Positions 13,178 to 26,355 of a stretch of 64,000 nucleotides of DNA are shown piece after piece (position 1 is the stretch's first letter; each line of letters opens with the position of its first letter). Where the stretch lies: the NCBI GenBank assembly GCA_028534125.1, contig CM052817.1, positions 81,222,001 to 81,286,000 of the forward strand. Reading direction: 5' to 3'. A model generated the notes under the pieces. That model saw nothing but the letters and a program-made list of their open reading frames with translations, searched no databases and was not told the origin of the DNA. The stretch comes from Lama glama (Eukaryota). Both the position numbers and the translations under genes were made by a program.

Positions 13178-13545
13178 AGTCTTTTCATCAGTTTGGACTG
13201 CTATAACTATAGACCAGGTGGCTTATAAACAACAGAAACTTATTTCTCACTGTTCTGGAGGCTGAAACTCCATGATCGAGGTGCCAGCATGGTTGAGTTC
13301 TGGTGGTGGCTTTCTTATAGACTGCAGACTGCTGACTTCTTGTGTCTCCACATGGAGAGCAGAGAAGGGGAGCAGGTTCTTCCATGACTCTCATAAGTGC
13401 ACCAGTCCCACTCCTGAGGGCCCCATCATCATGACCTCATCTAAGCCTGATTAATTCCCAAAGGTCCCACCGCCTGATACTGTCACACTGGGGAGTAGGG
13501 CACCAACATATGGTTTTGGCAGGGATGACACATTCAGTCCATACA
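13178..13545 (-). mobile_element. MLT1A-like solo LTR inserted in an old L1ME fragment
   Basis: ggtggcttataaacaacagaaacttatttctcactgttctggaggctg...gatcgaggtgccagcatggttgagttctggtg...acacattcagtccataca; about 365 bp. Confidence 0.9.
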
Positions 13546-13949
13546 GAGAGTAAAGTAGAAATTATGTCTACCCCACTTTTGTTCCCCATTTATCCTTACT
13601 AGAGGCAATTTTACCAGTTTCTTGTGTATCCTTACATAGAATTCATTCTCTCCCTCCCTCCCTCTCTCTCTGTGAATTGATCATGGTGTTCTGTTTTAAA
13701 GTTAGAATGGTTGCTTGATTTGGAAGAAATGTTGGTTTTCCTTAGCTCATGTAACTACCAATAAATTCCTAAATTCATTAAATACTATCTTCAAAGCAAG
13801 CAAGTTCTCAGAGCGCTGCTGTCCGTCTCGGTCCTCACTGTTTATGTTCTCACACATCCAGTGAGAGGGTATTTGTCCTCTTGCGGATCCTTTGTAGCAG
13901 ACAGAATAAAAAAACACAGAATTATCTCTTGAGTGTCTCCAACATAGCC

Positions 13950-14120
13950 AATATAGCACTATATCAGGCATTCTTTATGTGTTATATTAGTTAATCTTCA
14001 CAACAAAGATAGAGATCATTGCCTCTCATCCCTAGACATAGATGCAGAATGAGGTTTAAGATTGAAAGGCTGGCCAGTAACTGGAATGCAATTCAATACA
14101 TGTTTATCAGACTCCAACTT
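13950..14120 (-). mobile_element. MIR fragment
   Basis: ttagttaatcttcacaacaa...cagaatgaggttt...tcagactccaa. Confidence 0.5.
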
Positions 14121-14186
14121 GAAGTAGAATCTTGAGTTATGGGATTATGTGACTCCATTATTTGGCTCTATCACTTTCTAGCATCC

Positions 14187-14304
14187 TTCTTTCCTTCCCT
14201 CAGTCCTTCCTTCCTTTCTTCCTTCTTTTTGCAGTTAGTCAATATCATTATGATCGATCAATCGATCGATCGATCTATCTACCTACCTATCTATCTACCT
14301 ATCT
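14187..14304. repeat. compound (TTCC)n and (GATC)n/(TATC/TACC)n simple repeat
   Basis: Read directly. Confidence 0.85.
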
Positions 14305-17091
14305 TTCAGATGACTACAGAATTTTTATAAAAATGCAGTTTGAGGGGTATTTATAAGTAGTTTGTGAAGAAAAAAACCTAAAAATGTTCTGGATGAAATT
14401 ATCTTTAATATCTTACTCCTCAATTTCAAAATCTTTAGGGTTAAATTTTAAAAATGTCTTGGATATTCATAGGCAGTAAATTTCACCTAAGAATTTCAGG
14501 GTTGTAGACTTGTCACAATAATAACATGAAAGCTAATTCCTTATGAATAACCAAACATTGATGAAATCAATAACATACTGAGAAAAGAAAGACTACAGTG
14601 CAGTACACTTGACCTTTTACTTGCTTGAGTGATTGACCCGGAATCCTTTCTGAACTTGTCTTCATCTCTCTTAGTTCCTCTGTTATCATATTAAGATACA
14701 TTTTAAGTTTTGTTTCTCTTATTTGAAACTTAACAGCCATAACTAAATGAGGCATAAACCTAATATTGATGTCTTTATCATTTCTCTTTGTTTAGTATGC
14801 AGCAATAATTAAATTATATATTGATTTATCAGATATTTAAAGAGACTGAAAATAAAAGTATACTGGAAAATGTTGTTGATTCAGTCTCAGAATGCGACAT
14901 GGATTAAGCCTTTTTTTTCTACATTCCTTTAGTCTGCTCATTTATTCATTATATTAATAGGCAATCTATTTAGAATATGAAACAGAATAAGTCACTGTGC
15001 ATCATTATCACTGTTACTATTACTTTGCACCTTGGTCTCTTTGTCTATGGTGAACATTGAGCCAGCTGAGCACTCTCCAAGGTTATTTCAGGGACTAAAA
15101 TTCCATCCTATTTTGTCTTAAGAACTGGTGTTTTTAGACTCTGTGAAAGTTGGGACTGCTGGGAAGGAGGAGAATTTTATAAAGGCACACATGGAACTCA
15201 CTAGAGGGTGGACTTCTTAGCTTTATGGCTTCCTTGAGTTCTCAACTTGAGTCTTCTATGACGCCTGGTCTTTGATTAAAATAGGATCTCCAATATCAGA
15301 GGAAATAAAGAAGAGCAAGTTCTGATATGAAAAACAGTTTGCATTTCCTTTGGACATTTGGGACTCTGAGTAAGTCATGGCACCTCACCTCTGGTGATTT
15401 GATGATTCCATCCATTTTTAGCAATATCTTCTGTCTTCGTAACACAGTTTGGGACACCATTATCTTATCTGGAAGACAGCTATGACTACTAGCATTAGCT
15501 CTGCTCTGTTATAGAATTTATATGAAAGGTTTTAAGTATTTAAATTCAGCTATAACACCATGTCTGGTTAATCGTCAACTAAGAAGTGTTGATGGCAAAA
15601 TATATAAAGCCTATTACTACTCTAATAGTTTATTCTAAATAGTTTGCACAAGAGCAGTTAATGTGGAGGAATCAAGGCATTAATTTGAAAGACTAAAAAG
15701 AGATCTGACTTTCTTGTTTCTCTGAGCTGGCTGGACAGGTCCTCTAGGAGTTGTTTACTCGGCAAGATAGAACATCCATGGGAGAAGTCAGTACCTTGAG
15801 GATAAGATTAATTTGCAACATGTCAAGCTCTAACACTGCAAATTTGCCAAAGGCATGGGATCTTTCTTCACATATTTTATACTATCTTTTATCCATAGTC
15901 TGAGTGTTCTGCCAAGCATTTATTCAGTATCATTAAACTGATAAATGGTCTTCAAGGTATTTTCTGCAACCATCCTGTAAACTCTGCTGATATAGCCTTT
16001 CCCAGAATGGATAGCTGTGAAAGGCATTGGAATGCCAGTCAAATTTGAAGATTTAGTCAAAAAAAAGTTGCATACATTTAAAGCTGTAAAGTCTGTCTAC
16101 CAAAGACAATTTCTTTTCACATTTTTCCTTTGAGGCTTTCAGTTGTCTTTGCTGAAAGATGCATATATTAAAGCTGTACAAATGTAATAAACTCAAGTCA
16201 GTGTAGTGGTATAGCGGAATTACACTTTAAATTTAATAATTGACTGTCCTTCGTGGAGTCACCATGACAAACTACAGAAGCTGGAAAGCTGCGTTTTTTC
16301 TATTGTGTTTTGTTATGTTTCCTCCAGTGCAGTTTGATTTTTATCAGTAGGTTGTTGACATCATTTCCTTTCTAAGTGACCATTGTTTAACTCTGGCAGA
16401 GACGGACAGGAAGAGGGCAATATATTTATTTATGTAGAAGGTTCTCCTCGGGAAGATGTTTTCTTGGGTACTTTATTTCCTCATTGTCAAATGTAAGGTT
16501 CTTATAAAAAAATAGTCACAGTGTTTTACATCTAACACAAAAGCACAGCAGTTTGTTTCTGGTCATGGAGCTTTCCCTTACCTCCATATCACTTTTGATA
16601 GACGTATTTTATTTTGGATATTACTTTTTATCCTCTCATAAATTCCAGAAAGATATTTTGACATTAGGATCCCTTGAAATTAAAAAAAGAAAAGGAAAGG
16701 AAACACAATGTTTAGTGAAGATTGAGTTGTCTTCCATAATTCAACAGTCTATTCTTAGCGCAAATCCAGCTAAAATGGAAAGGATTAAACTCTAAGATGA
16801 TCAAAAGATTGGAGGAGGCTTGGGGTTTCAGTTAGACTTAGAGGCTGAGTTAGAAAGCAGCAAGAATGGAATAGTAATGAAAACGTGTATGATTCCCTGA
16901 AGTATGCTTTAATCCCTTTTTTCCGAAAACCCTCATTGCCATGGTTTCTTTTTCAGAAACGGGGTTCAGAAAATAAAGGCAAAATGTGATCTTTTGGATG
17001 AGCCTAGAGGTCATTTTTCTCTATGTCTTTAATGATAGTGTAAGAGATATTTCCTTGGGCATTAGTAAATCTAAGGTTAATTTTTTGAAAT

Positions 17092-17326
17092 AATATTATT
17101 AAACATTTACTGATGCTTACCGTGTTTTAATCACTCACCTAAGAACTAACTCAGTATTTTACCCTCACAACAACACTGGGAGAGGTCGGTTCAGTCATCA
17201 GCCCATATCAGAGGACAGGGAACACTCAGGCTTGTTTAAGATTATGCATTTGGTACATTGCAGATCTGGGATTTAAACTAGCCACGCTGACTTCAGAACC
17301 TGCACTCTTAAAACTGTTATACTGCT
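17092..17326 (-). mobile_element. MIR, near full length
   Basis: aacatttactgatgcttaccgtgt...ccctcacaacaacactgggagagg...gatctgggatttaaactag...ctgacttcagaacctgcactcttaa. Confidence 0.75.
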
Positions 17327-17454
17327 CACCTAATGTGAGGCCCTGTTCACCAAGCAAACTTGTTCTCCATGAACATTACTTAAATATATTTAAGAGAACA
17401 TAATATAAAAATATACATGCTTGTATCTTCACTATCACCTCTACCTTTAAGAAA

Positions 17455-17570
17455 ACAAAATATTTATCACCAGGGATCCAGGCACTGATCTAAGCTTTGG
17501 AGACACAGCGGTGAATCATATAGAGGTTTTTCTCTCATTACCTCTCAAAGCCTGGTAGTAGAGGAGAACT
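17455..17570 (-). mobile_element. L2 3' fragment
   Basis: aatatttat...ccaggcactgatctaagctttggagacacagcggtgaa. Confidence 0.6.
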
Positions 17571-17929
17571 ACGCTACATACTTATTTTTTGGATTGTATA
17601 ATTTTTAAAATAATAACTCCAGATTCATCGAGGATGACAAATTCAAATAGTTTCAAGAATAATTCTTAAATAAATTTGCATGTGGCCAACATGCAAGTCT
17701 TACTCTATATGCAGTAAGCGTAAGTGATTTCTGTGCATGATCACATAATGATCAATTATTCATATTGTTCTGTAAAGAAAATGTCTGTGCCATTTCACCA
17801 AGTACACTATAAAATCTGGCTGACAGGTGCATGATAACTGTCATCCCCGTAGCATCCTAATGAACTTTTTCTTCAACTCACAGTCTCAATGACATCACAG
17901 ATACTGACAAAGTAGCCCTTTGATGTGAA

Positions 17930-18130
17930 AACCATTGTGATAGAATGGGAAAAAAAAAAACAAACAAACATAGGCTAGAGGGTGGTTTCATACCACCACT
18001 GGAACTTTAAACTGTGTCCTCATCTGTCAAAATACGGCTACATGGCTCTTATTTCGTGGAGTAGGTAGTTTCAAGATGAAATGAGATATAAGTGAAGCAC
18101 GTACAGGGTAAGTTGCTGGCACGGTGGCTG
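17930..18130 (+). mobile_element. MIR fragment
   Basis: tcctcatctgtcaaaat...gatgaaatgagatata...ctggcacggtgg. Confidence 0.55.
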
Positions 18131-19449
18131 TCATGGCATGGCTCACAGTGACCCCCAGTCTCTTGCTGAGCCCCATGTCCTTCAGTATTCATGGCCACAT
18201 CTACTCCGGCTTAGTAGGGTTTCTACCAAGAATACTGTTGTTATGATCATGGTGGAAATGTATTTGGATGGAAATAGTATGACAAAGTCAAAGTAAAGCA
18301 GGCTAGGCTTGTCTCTTTTGTGTTCTCTCCAGACGCCTGTAGGAGAGGCTGTCCTCTGCTCTCCTGCCATTGTGTCTTCCTACTGGAATTTCATAATGAG
18401 AAATGGATATTCAGCTGGCTAGTCCTGGCTTCCAGGACAAAGACTCTCTATTTAGGCGTTTCATGTGTAGATATTGTGCCTATAAGGAGAACATTTCAAA
18501 AGATTAAAATTAAAGCACACACACACACCAGAGAAGCCCTGGCCTGAGCCCTTACCAGATCATTCTTTCTCCTTGTCTGTGACCACTGAAGCCTTCTTCA
18601 GAGGTTTTAAAATCCAACTTTTCATGAAAGTATGAACCCAGAAATAGAAGATGTCTTGCTTAGAGCCTGGTGTGCAACTCAAATGTCGTCACTTCCAAAC
18701 CATCATTTTTTTCCAGGCAACACAGTGTCAGCAATGTGTACGTAACTACATAGAGCTGAGCACACCTGTGGCCTAATCTCTGCGCTGTTCACGTTTAGCA
18801 AGATATCAGCCCAAGGACTTTGAACAATCGTATCTATCTTTACTGTGGTTTTCCCTTCAGAAGAAGTTCTGAGGATTTATAGGGGACTTAATCCAACATA
18901 TCTTCAGAAATCTTATCTGGAGCCATTTCTCCCATCTCCAAAGTTTAATTTCTGTGACAGGAGCTAAAATTGTGCTCAACAGCTACCTGCAGTGCCCGTG
19001 TATGTGACCCCTCACCACTCTTCTCCATCCCCTTCCATTACTCCTGACTCTTAACTTGTCCCGTTCCCTCTAGTGGGAAAAGTCACTCTTCTCTGAGTCT
19101 GATGCTCTTAAAGCAAGGAACACCTCCTCTATAATCAGGGGAATAATGTCCTTCATCATCTTGGTATTTGACTTACATTTATAATTAGTACATGTCTCAG
19201 CTCTCTTCTACAAACTTTTAAATATTAACATGGAAAATAAAATTAGTCAAGTAATTATTTTCTCAGGTGGCGGTCAGGGCAAAGTAGGCTGTTATGAGGA
19301 GGAACTCCCTTCACTGACCTCAAGCCATTATAACCTCACTCTGAATCACTGTTGACCAAGAAATGAAACGAAACTTGGGTTATAAGGGTATAGTCAGGGT
19401 TACGAGGACATCTCTGGTTTAGAGTTACTGCATTTTCTCTTTATTTTTT

Positions 19450-19610
19450 GAGTGTCTTTCTATGTGATTGTTTCCCCTGCTAGACTGGGAGATACTTGGG
19501 GCAGAACTGTGTCCTACTGATTATTTTGTTCCACAGGCCTGGTATTTTATCTAGGATAAATTGGCCACTCGCTAAATGGTCAGGAAAGAATAAATGGATG
19601 AACAAATAAA
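19450..19610 (+). mobile_element. L2 3' end
   Basis: tttcccctgctagactgggagatacttggggcagaactgtgtc...gaataaatggatgaa. Confidence 0.6.
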
Positions 19611-22189
19611 AATCTTTATGGAAACTAAAATTTGGTAGATTTTGAGTACAGGGGAGAGCAAAAGGAGAAAGGATTGCCTTAGCAACTGGCTAACCCAAGA
19701 TGATGGTGGAATCCTGAACTGAGCTATGTTAAAAAGATGCCTCTCCCTCCCAGACTCAACCCACTCCTCTTCCTTTAAAAATCCATACAGGGCTTGGAGT
19801 CCCAGCAGAGCCATCTCCTTCGCTGTCTGGGACCATCAAGGCAGCTTTCCTTTGTGGTCTGTGGTTAAAGACATCAGAGGCTAACAGATCCCATCTGCCT
19901 GGCTCTGGGCTGTGATCCCCTTTGCTGGCCTCTCAGCTGTAAGGACAGCGCTCAGCAAGTCCGGTGGGGAGCCTTCATGCCTTCTCTGCTGCCTGTTTCC
20001 TGGGAAGTGTGGCAGGTCTCCATCACTTATTCTCTGAATAAACCGCTAGTCTGCCAGGCCAGCAAATTCTTTAGACTTTACACATCATACAGTGTCAAAA
20101 GTAGAATAAGTCCGAGTCTCCCACACCTGATCTTCCCCCTCCTTTTGCCTCCACCATCACCAGCTAACACAAGGTCTTTCTTTTCATTGAGAGCTGCCAG
20201 CTGTGCAAAGGGAGATAAAATAACCACCCTCCCAGCCAAAGGGTTCAGTAAGCGTGAGAGTGTGTTGATGGGATGGGCTGTGGCTGTGGCACCTAGATTA
20301 CAAATCCAGTTTTGAAATTGCCAAGGTGCCTTAATACCATAAACAAACACTATAAACTTTTTAAAAATTCCATCTCCCTTATCTGATTGAGACTGATCCA
20401 GGTTATCTCGACAGCTAAATAGCAATGCATTTTAAATGAAACAGGAGGCAAATCTAGATACTTTATTTAAGCACAGAACAGAAGTGGGGGAGAAACACTC
20501 TAGTGCCTTATCTCACTTACAGAGTCCCCTAGGGAAAAATAATGTTATTCTCAAAGAAAAATTTTAGCTGACAAAAGTGGCCAGTTGATAATCCTATAGC
20601 CTTTAATAATTTATGTACCTGATTTTAGCTTTAAAATGCAATGAGTTAAATTTGATTTTAAAGTTGAGTGTAGTTTGAGTCAAGATAAACTGATAAAATG
20701 CAGCAAAATAACTCCCAGGGCACTCTAAATTGCCTTCCACTGATATCAGAATAAAAGTGAGATTGAACACTGGATAAACTAATTTGAGTTTATAACATTT
20801 TACTCCCACAGAGGCACTCTTCTTTGATAGATGAAGGACTAACAGGTGCATATTTACTTTGTGATGTACACTGATGTGATCTCTAGGGTTTCTTACCTGG
20901 ATGCATAGCAGACATACTTGACCCATGGAAAGCCCCGAGAAACAGGTTTTCTCCTGTCTTTTTTCCCAATCCAAAATTTAGCAGTGCTGCATTTTGTACA
21001 AAGACACTGGTTCAATGAATTAGCAATTACCTACGTTTTAAAGAACACTGTTACTGAAAAATTAAATGTATCATATAGTCATTATTGAAGAGACAGAATC
21101 CACAAATCAATCATTTTAATACTAGCATAATCATGCTCTAGCTTAGATTTGCTTATAACCACTTGCTATGATTCATAGATAGCGTATCACATCACTAATA
21201 AATTTATTAATAGTCAAATGTATAGCACAAAGAAAACCTATCTAACTGAAAGTAGAATTAACAAAAAGCAAAAGTATTTTAAAATGTTGGTTCAAAGAAA
21301 CTGTGACCATTTTATGTTTTTTAAAAAGTTATTGGAAGCAGAGGTCACTTGTAAGAGCAATTCTGTGCCATACTCAGTGAACATGGATAAAAAGAAAGAC
21401 ACTTGATTTGCATGCAGTATAGATCACTGAGCAATTTTAGAGAATTGCTGGTCTCTGGTATGATAGGAAAATGAGCATTACAGTCTTGAATAAAATTTAC
21501 AGAAATAGTCTCAGGATGGTAAATTGCCTATAAACTCTTGTCTAGTAGAAAGCATTCCAAAATACTGAATAACATCAAAGAAATGTGTATATATCATGAG
21601 TTCTCCATCAGAGTCTAAATTTGACCTACCTAATCAGTGCCGTAATTCTTTCACTTGATGATAATTACTTTTTACATTAACTTAATTCTCAGATCTCATC
21701 TTCAGGTCTTTTCATCTCTCCTCTATCTGCTCTAATTTCTTTTAAGACAGCTTTGCCAACTCATTTTCCTGTTGTATGGTGTTAAATTAAAACACTATTC
21801 ACTGTCCAGCTGTATGAGATTAAATGATGCAGTAACTATCTGCACCAGTGTTTCTTTAGGTCACTGCCATCCCTAAAACATCGACTGGCATTATTCTTCA
21901 TAATGATGCACTTTAGGTGGGTACAGTATTCTCAAACATTTTGATTCCTTCTCCAGTAAACATTTGTCAGTTATTTGATGTGCAAAGGCATACTGTTGGT
22001 ATTATCATAGAAACTAAGTTACTTTTAAATTAATAATTAAATAAATCTTGTAATTTCTGGAATATGCAAAAACATGGGGAAGCTATCTTCAATCCTGATA
22101 TTAATCAAATAATTGCAAATTTTAAAAGTGAGTTACCATTGTTCAAATATTCCAAGTAATTAAACAAAATGTGTTTAGGAGCATTTGAG

Positions 22190-22690
22190 ATTATTATGAT
22201 TGGCCCAGCTTTCTTGGAGGACCATTTGGTCTTATGTTTTAAAGACACTAAAAAGTGTGCTACCCTAATCCACAAATCCCATTTCTAGGAATATTTTCTA
22301 AGGCAATAGTAACAAGTTTTGTATGTATATGTGTATCTATATATATGTATGTAGATACATATATATCATGCTTCATTCAAATAATAAAGTGATATAATAA
22401 CATTAGAATAACAATCTGGGAAGTATATACATTTACTGGTAAGGAGGGATGTTTATGTTTTATTTTGACTGGTAAGAATAACAGCAGTTGGCAAATTATA
22501 AGCAATTTGTGTAACAATTGTTATACATATGAGTAGAAGTGTCTAAAATGTATACACTAAAATATTGACAGTGGTTTTCTTGGTAATTGAATTGTAGAAG
22601 ATACTAGTCTTTTAATTTCTGTTTAACAATATTTTCAGATTTTCTACAGTAACTATGGATCATATGATGTTTTTTAAACTTCCTAAAATA
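22190..22690 (+). mobile_element. L1ME-like 3' fragment
   Basis: aatcccatttctaggaatatttt...tatacactaaaatattgacagtggtt...ttttcagattttctacagtaa. Confidence 0.65.
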
Positions 22691-23456
22691 AAAGTTCACT
22701 CAAAAATAAGAATTTATTACTGGCATATTTATTCATGATGTATTCATTAAAGACAATGAGCAAAAATATTTCATTCCTCAGGTAAGTTTGAAAAAATTCT
22801 GTGTATACTCTATGCATGGTATTTTTCCACCTTGGTGACAACCACATCCCTTACTTCTAATGATCTCTTCTTCCAGGTAATCTTGTGAAACCATTTATAG
22901 GAATTGCCATTTGTCATTGAAAGGGCAGGTGATTGCAAAAGTAGATCATCTCCAAGGAATGATGAGTGTTTGAAGGAATTAGCACAGGGAAGAGAAAACA
23001 TATTTCTGGGGCGATAAGGAAACCCTTCAGGGCTGCCATCAGTGCAACAGTGACCCTTCAACATGTTTCATTAAGAAAGGGACCACTGTCACTAAGAGAC
23101 ATGATAGGGAAGAACAGTCCAGTCATCTTAGAGATGGGAATCCTTGGTGGATCAGTCCAAATCTCTCATCTTTTTTAGTAAAATGAAAGCATACCTTCTG
23201 CGTGTGGTCAGCCTGATCTGTGAAGTAGAGCATATCATTCTTTCCTCAGGCATGATTCCCATTGTTCCATCCGCTGAGTGCCAGACATTTTCTCATGATG
23301 AGACATGTTTTGTTTTTCTAAATAGAGTCCATGGGAAACCGATAAGCAAATGCTGAGCACTCCTTGCTTCTGTGTCACAGAGCTTTGTCCAAGGCTATGT
23401 CTTTGTGGATGGCAATCTATGTAGTCAGATTATTCATCAGAAAATATGTGAATTCT

Positions 23457-23618
23457 GGGGGAGGGTATAGCTCAAGTGGTAGAGCACATGCTTAGCATGC
23501 ACAAGTTCCTGGGTCCAATCCTTGGTACCTTATCCAAAAATAAACAAACAAACAAACAAACCCAATTACTTCCCCCTCAAAACGATTTTTTTTTAACATA
23601 ACCAAAAAAAAAAACCCC
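23457..23618 (+). mobile_element. vic-1-like tRNA(Ala)-derived camelid SINE
   Basis: ggggagggtatagctcaagtggtagagcacatgcttagcatgc (A box, AGC anticodon arm), a B-box-like gggtccaatcc and an A-rich tail. 18-bp target-site duplication (TSD) agaaaatatgt(g/a)aattct at 23439-23456 and 23619-23636. Confidence 0.92.
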
Positions 23619-23636
23619 AGAAAATATGTAAATTCT

Positions 23637-23760
23637 ACAAGAATGGAACCATATCTTATCCATCACTTTATATCTAGCGCTAGGTACAAAGAAGTCATTC
23701 AGTTAGTACTTGTTGAATGAAGGAATGAAGGAATGAATCAAGAGTGAATAATGAATGAGC
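23637..23760 (+). mobile_element. L2 3' end (host of the SINE insertion)
   Basis: tacttgttgaatgaaggaatgaaggaatgaa tail. Confidence 0.65.
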
Positions 23761-23864
23761 ACCTAAATTAAACAGTAGTAACTGAAAGAGAAGTGCTTAT
23801 ACATTAATGGTCATGAAAAACAATGAAATTATAAAACACCATCAATTCTAGTAACCATTTAGTA

Positions 23865-24850
23865 TGTGATGAATATGATGTCAGAAAATCACAGGGAATA
23901 TTACAATTATTTTCTAAAAAGTGCTAAGTTAACTAAATAGCAATTAGATAAAGCAATTTAATCCACATTATTTGCCATACAACAAAACTCCGTATGATGT
24001 AAAGTGCCACATAAAAAAGAAAATTAAGTATTCATTAACTCTCTGAAGTAGAGATAATGAGTATGCGAAATGAGAAATATCTAAACTTTCTAACATAGAA
24101 GCAATGGAAGAAATGCTCAACTAGACAATCAATATTCAGCAGTATAAAAATTCTGAACTATTGTAAAATTTTAAAAGTGATTAAAATTTTGCATTTTTGC
24201 AAATTGATTGTAAAATTGGAAAAAAAAAATACTCCAGTGACTATAGAAAGTGTACTTGGTAAACCAGCATGTTGAAAAGTTTGCAATTTCAATAATTAGG
24301 AATAAATAGAATTGGGAAAAAAAACCCAATATGGCACCATTTTTCACTTACTGAATTAGCCATTAAACACTGTAACAGCTAATGAATGCTCTTTGAGAGC
24401 ATACTAAAAATTGGTAAAGTAAGTCATACTTTGTTGATAGCAAAGTAAATTAGCACTATCCTTTTGGAAAACCATCTGTCAATATATTTTAGTGTGTCAG
24501 GTACTTTAAAAATGTTTACATACTTTGTTCTAATATTACCATTTTGTAAGATTCACCCATTTGAAAATAACACACAAGAAATACCTCTCTGTATTCATTG
24601 CATTTTATTTATAGAAGTTAGAAAAGGGTCAGAAAAGTCCAAAAATAGAGGAAAAAAGTTAAGTAATTTTGGAACACACATTCAAAGGAGTATGAAGGAG
24701 CAATTTCAATGAAAGTTATGGACATGAAAAAATTATGGATAAAAAACGAGCACAACATGACATACATAATATGATTGCAGCTATGTAAAATATATGCATC
24801 TGGGAAAGGTGGGATGGAATCACTTTTATATGAGTTGGGGAGGATAGCTT
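23865..24850 (+). mobile_element. degraded L1ME ORF2 end and 3'UTR
   Basis: A-rich; caccatttttcacttactgaattagc, tcatactttgttgatagcaaagtaaattagcactatccttttggaaaaccatctgtcaatata. Confidence 0.65.
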
Positions 24851-26274
24851 TACTTCTTGCTTTTTCCATCCTGTTGTCTGGAATAGAGATTTATGCGTTC
24901 CAGAGGCTTCTTTCACCGTGAGGGGGAGAGTAGCACTGAGGGACAGTCAGGCCTCGAACTGGGAGTCGGAGGCCCTGCAGACACAGTGAAGCTGCCACAC
25001 CAGCCTGGGGCGTCACTTCAGACTACTTATCTCGGCTTTTCTTGTTTAAGCTCAGCTGTTTGGGTTTTTCTGTTATTACTTGTTTGTTTTTGCTGTATGC
25101 ATTGAGCCTAATCCTAAACAATATACAATAAAAAACAATCTGGGATTCATTCTATATTTAGCATGAACAAGGAATTCCAGGTTTAATTACAATTTTAAAC
25201 TAAATATTAATATGTTTATTTGGAACATAGTCTGTTATGGTGCCTCACTGACTTATCATACATTAGTTTTGAAATGCCCGGTTTATCAAGGAGTTTACCA
25301 AAAATATGAACTAGTACTCTGCAATGTTTTGTCATTATTAATAATCATTAAATTCAGCAGTTTTGTAAGTAGTTAATCTAACTCAATTCATATTTTTTCT
25401 TGTTTCCAGTTCAGTTCCCACCCTAACAATGAGAACAGTCCTCTGTTTTCAGGTTTTTTCTCTCTGTTTCAGAACCATCACAGTGCTCTCATGGGAACAG
25501 GCTAACTCTGTTGAGTTTCGGCAGTCACAGAGCATGTTCCCAGGACAGACGGCCCGTGTACACTGTGACGTGCACACAGTTCCCAGCTCAGATAATACTA
25601 CATGCTAACAAGCAGATGCATACAGCTGGCTGTTTAAAAGACTTGGCAAAGTCCACTCTTTGTTCAGCTCTCTTACGGTTCATCCTTACAGGATTTTTCT
25701 GAATATTTTACACTGACTTTATTTTATACAAGAATATCTAAGAAGAGAAGAAAATTAAATACAAACACATGATACATATACGGTGATTTTTTTTTTCACT
25801 TGGGCCATCAAAACCTCAATATCATCATTTTTAGAATTAAAATATTGTGATGATACTTATAACAAATCAAGTATAATTAGGCATTCAGAAAAGCCAGAGA
25901 TGTTTGTGAAAATAGGTGCTAAGTCAATGAACTAAAAAGCAAAAATTAGATTTCATTTTGGCAAGTCAGCTAGAAAATAATGTGAACATGGAGAAAAGCA
26001 AACTTGCAAAGTCTCCATTTGACTATACACGAAAACAATAGCATGTAATTTAAAATATTCTGTACCAATTCTGTGCTACATGGTCAAAAGAAAATAGCCT
26101 CTCCTTAAGGATTTATAATCTAATTGGTCACAGCTTGAAGAGACAGAGAAAGGAGAAGGAAATAAAGAACAGAGAAGGAGAGGAAGGAAGGAAAAAAGAA
26201 AATAGAAAATAGATGATGCTCTGTTCAGTTAAAATATCTAGTAAATGCCAAAGACAGCCATACTTTGTATCTAG

Positions 26275-26355
26275 ATATACACACATGCATACATATACAT
26301 ATATGTGTACATATGCACATGTATGTCTACACCCATGCATACGTATATATGTATA
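26275..26355. repeat. degenerate (TA/CA/TG) low-complexity repeat
   Basis: Read directly. Confidence 0.8.

Noticed and set aside
22810..23356. Cluster of 70-84 aa ORFs
   Set aside because: No recognisable protein similarity; the lengths are expected by chance.
23457..23532. tRNA-Ala-like sequences (also at 47127 and 57758)
   Set aside because: All have SINE bodies and A-rich tails, two have TSDs, and the stems are diverged; they are not tRNA genes.
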